Below are positions 62,806-64,000 of a DNA stretch of 64,000 nt, piece after piece (within the stretch, counting starts at the first letter, position 1; every line of letters begins with the position of its first letter). The notes below the pieces were generated by a model. The model saw nothing but the letters and a program-made list of their open reading frames with translations. It was not told the DNA's origin and searched no databases. Origin of the DNA: Chthonomonadales bacterium. Lineage in GTDB: Bacteria; Armatimonadota; Chthonomonadetes; Chthonomonadales; CAJBBX01. A program made the position numbers and the translations under genes. Where the stretch lies: positions 1 through 64,000 of the forward strand of contig JBBIPC010000004.1 of assembly GCA_037443035.1 (NCBI GenBank), read 5' to 3'.

Positions 62806-63897
62806 ATGTTCCAGCAACCCCTCCCACCCGAGTACATGATCATGGGTCCCGACGAGGCGGCCGAGCACATCGGAACAGCACGCGCAAAGCTGGGCAGCAT
62901 CCTTGTCATTCTGGGACATCACTACCAGCGCGATGAGATCATCCGCTGGGCCGATCACCGAGGGGACTCGCTCAAGCTATCGCAGATAGCAGCCCGTACA
63001 AACGGTGCGTCGTACTTCGTCTTCTGCGGCGTCCACTTCATGGCTGAGACGGCTGACATTCTTACGCGTCCAGACCAAGTAGTCATATTGCCGAACATGT
63101 CCGCTGGCTGCTCCATGGCCGACATGGCGCGCCTCTCCCAGGTGGAGCGTGCGTGGGAGTTTCTCGGCCGCACATTAGGCAAGACGCGAGTCCTTCCGAT
63201 CACGTATGTGAACTCGGCTGCGAATCTGAAAGCTTTCGTAGGCAGCCATGACGGAGCGTGTTGCACCTCCTCCAATGCCAAGAGCGTTCTCGAATGGGCG
63301 CTGGAGCGCGGCGACAAGGTCTTTTTCTTCCCCGACCAGCACCTCGGCCGCAACACCGGCGTGGCCATGGGACTCGATCCAGACGAGGACATGGTTCTCT
63401 GGGATCCAGACGCGGTGGATGGAGGCGTCGAGGCACGTGCCTTGTCAAGCGCGCGCATTATCCTCTGGAAAGGACACTGTTCCGTCCACCAGCGGTTCAC
63501 GGTCGAACAGATCCAGCAGGCTCGAGCGGAACACGAGAACGTGCGCATCATTGTCCATCCCGAATGCTCTCTCGACGTGGTGCGCGCCGCTGACTTGAGC
63601 GGTTCTACGGAGTTCATCCTCAAGACCATACAAGCTGCGGAGCCAGGCTCGGTATGGGGCGTCGGAACCGAGATCAACCTCGTGCGCCGGATGCAGGCGG
63701 ACATGCCTGATCGGACGGTCTTCTGTCTCGATCCCATCGTCTGTCCCTGCTCGACGATGTACCGGATCCATCCCCGCTATCTCGCATGGGTACTGGACAA
63801 CCTTGCTGCCGGTAACGTCGTAAACCGGGTCGAGGTGCCAGAGCCCATCAGGAGCCAGGCACGTCTCGCCCTGGATCGCATGCTCGAGATCACGTGA
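62806..63897 (+). CDS. nadA: Quinolinate synthase
   Basis: GHHYQ, GDSL, CGVHFMAE, AGCSMA, YVNS, CSVH, HPEC, GTE, CPCSTM. Confidence 0.96.
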   Translation: MFQQPLPPEYMIMGPDEAAEHIGTARAKLGSILVILGHHYQRDEIIRWADHRGDSLKLSQIAARTNGASYFVFCGVHFMAETADILTRPDQVVILPNMSAGCSMADMARLSQVERAWEFLGRTLGKTRVLPITYVNSAANLKAFVGSHDGACCTSSNAKSVLEWALERGDKVFFFPDQHLGRNTGVAMGLDPDEDMVLWDPDAVDGGVEARALSSARIILWKGHCSVHQRFTVEQIQQARAEHENVRIIVHPECSLDVVRAADLSGSTEFILKTIQAAEPGSVWGVGTEINLVRRMQADMPDRTVFCLDPIVCPCSTMYRIHPRYLAWVLDNLAAGNVVNRVEVPEPIRSQARLALDRMLEIT

Positions 63898-64000
63898 GAA
63901 TGATTGTCGTTTCGATGCTAGCTTGCAGTCCGCGTCAGTGTTTCTCCGTCGGCATAGGTTGCGAACCTGAATAGTCGGCCAGTACCCGCACGATGCGATC

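Noticed and set aside
63898..64000. Possible 3' end of another gene at the window edge
   Set aside because: Too short to support any call

Overview
GC-rich bacterial chromosomal segment starting at a contig end; bases 1-85 are an Illumina adapter/poly-C artefact. The mix of outer-membrane beta-barrels and Firmicute-like traits (large Alu-type SRP RNA before dnaX, cdaA-cdaR, nusA-ylxR, endonuclease-type MutL) suggests a diderm Terrabacterium such as Armatimonadota (inference). The left end holds a type II-C CRISPR-Cas9 locus: one 36-bp repeat at 98-133 (array cut by the contig end), cas2-cas1-cas9 on the minus strand, and a divergent tracrRNA with a consensus promoter, anti-repeat, nexus and terminator. 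The rest is mostly housekeeping and metabolic: SRP RNA-dnaX-ybaB, queE-queC, nusA-ylxR, wzm/wzt, a cdaA-cdaR operon, a hopanoid cluster (shc-hpnH-hpnA-ispH-hpnG), ANTAR regulator-amtB-glnK, tRNA-Val, uxaC, mutS-mutL-metH and rpsB-tsf-pyrH-frr-uppS-nadA. Top leads: (1) beta-clamp-like QxTLF motifs on both Cas2 and Cas9, with MutS as an internal control; (2) a Cas9 with a very short WED region and loop insertions, with a reconstructable guide RNA; (3) a candidate ANTAR RNA switch in the amtB leader; (4) an unknown helical gene heading the hopanoid operon; (5) a Prs paralog lacking its catalytic loop residues. All calls come from reading motifs by eye; no database searches were run.
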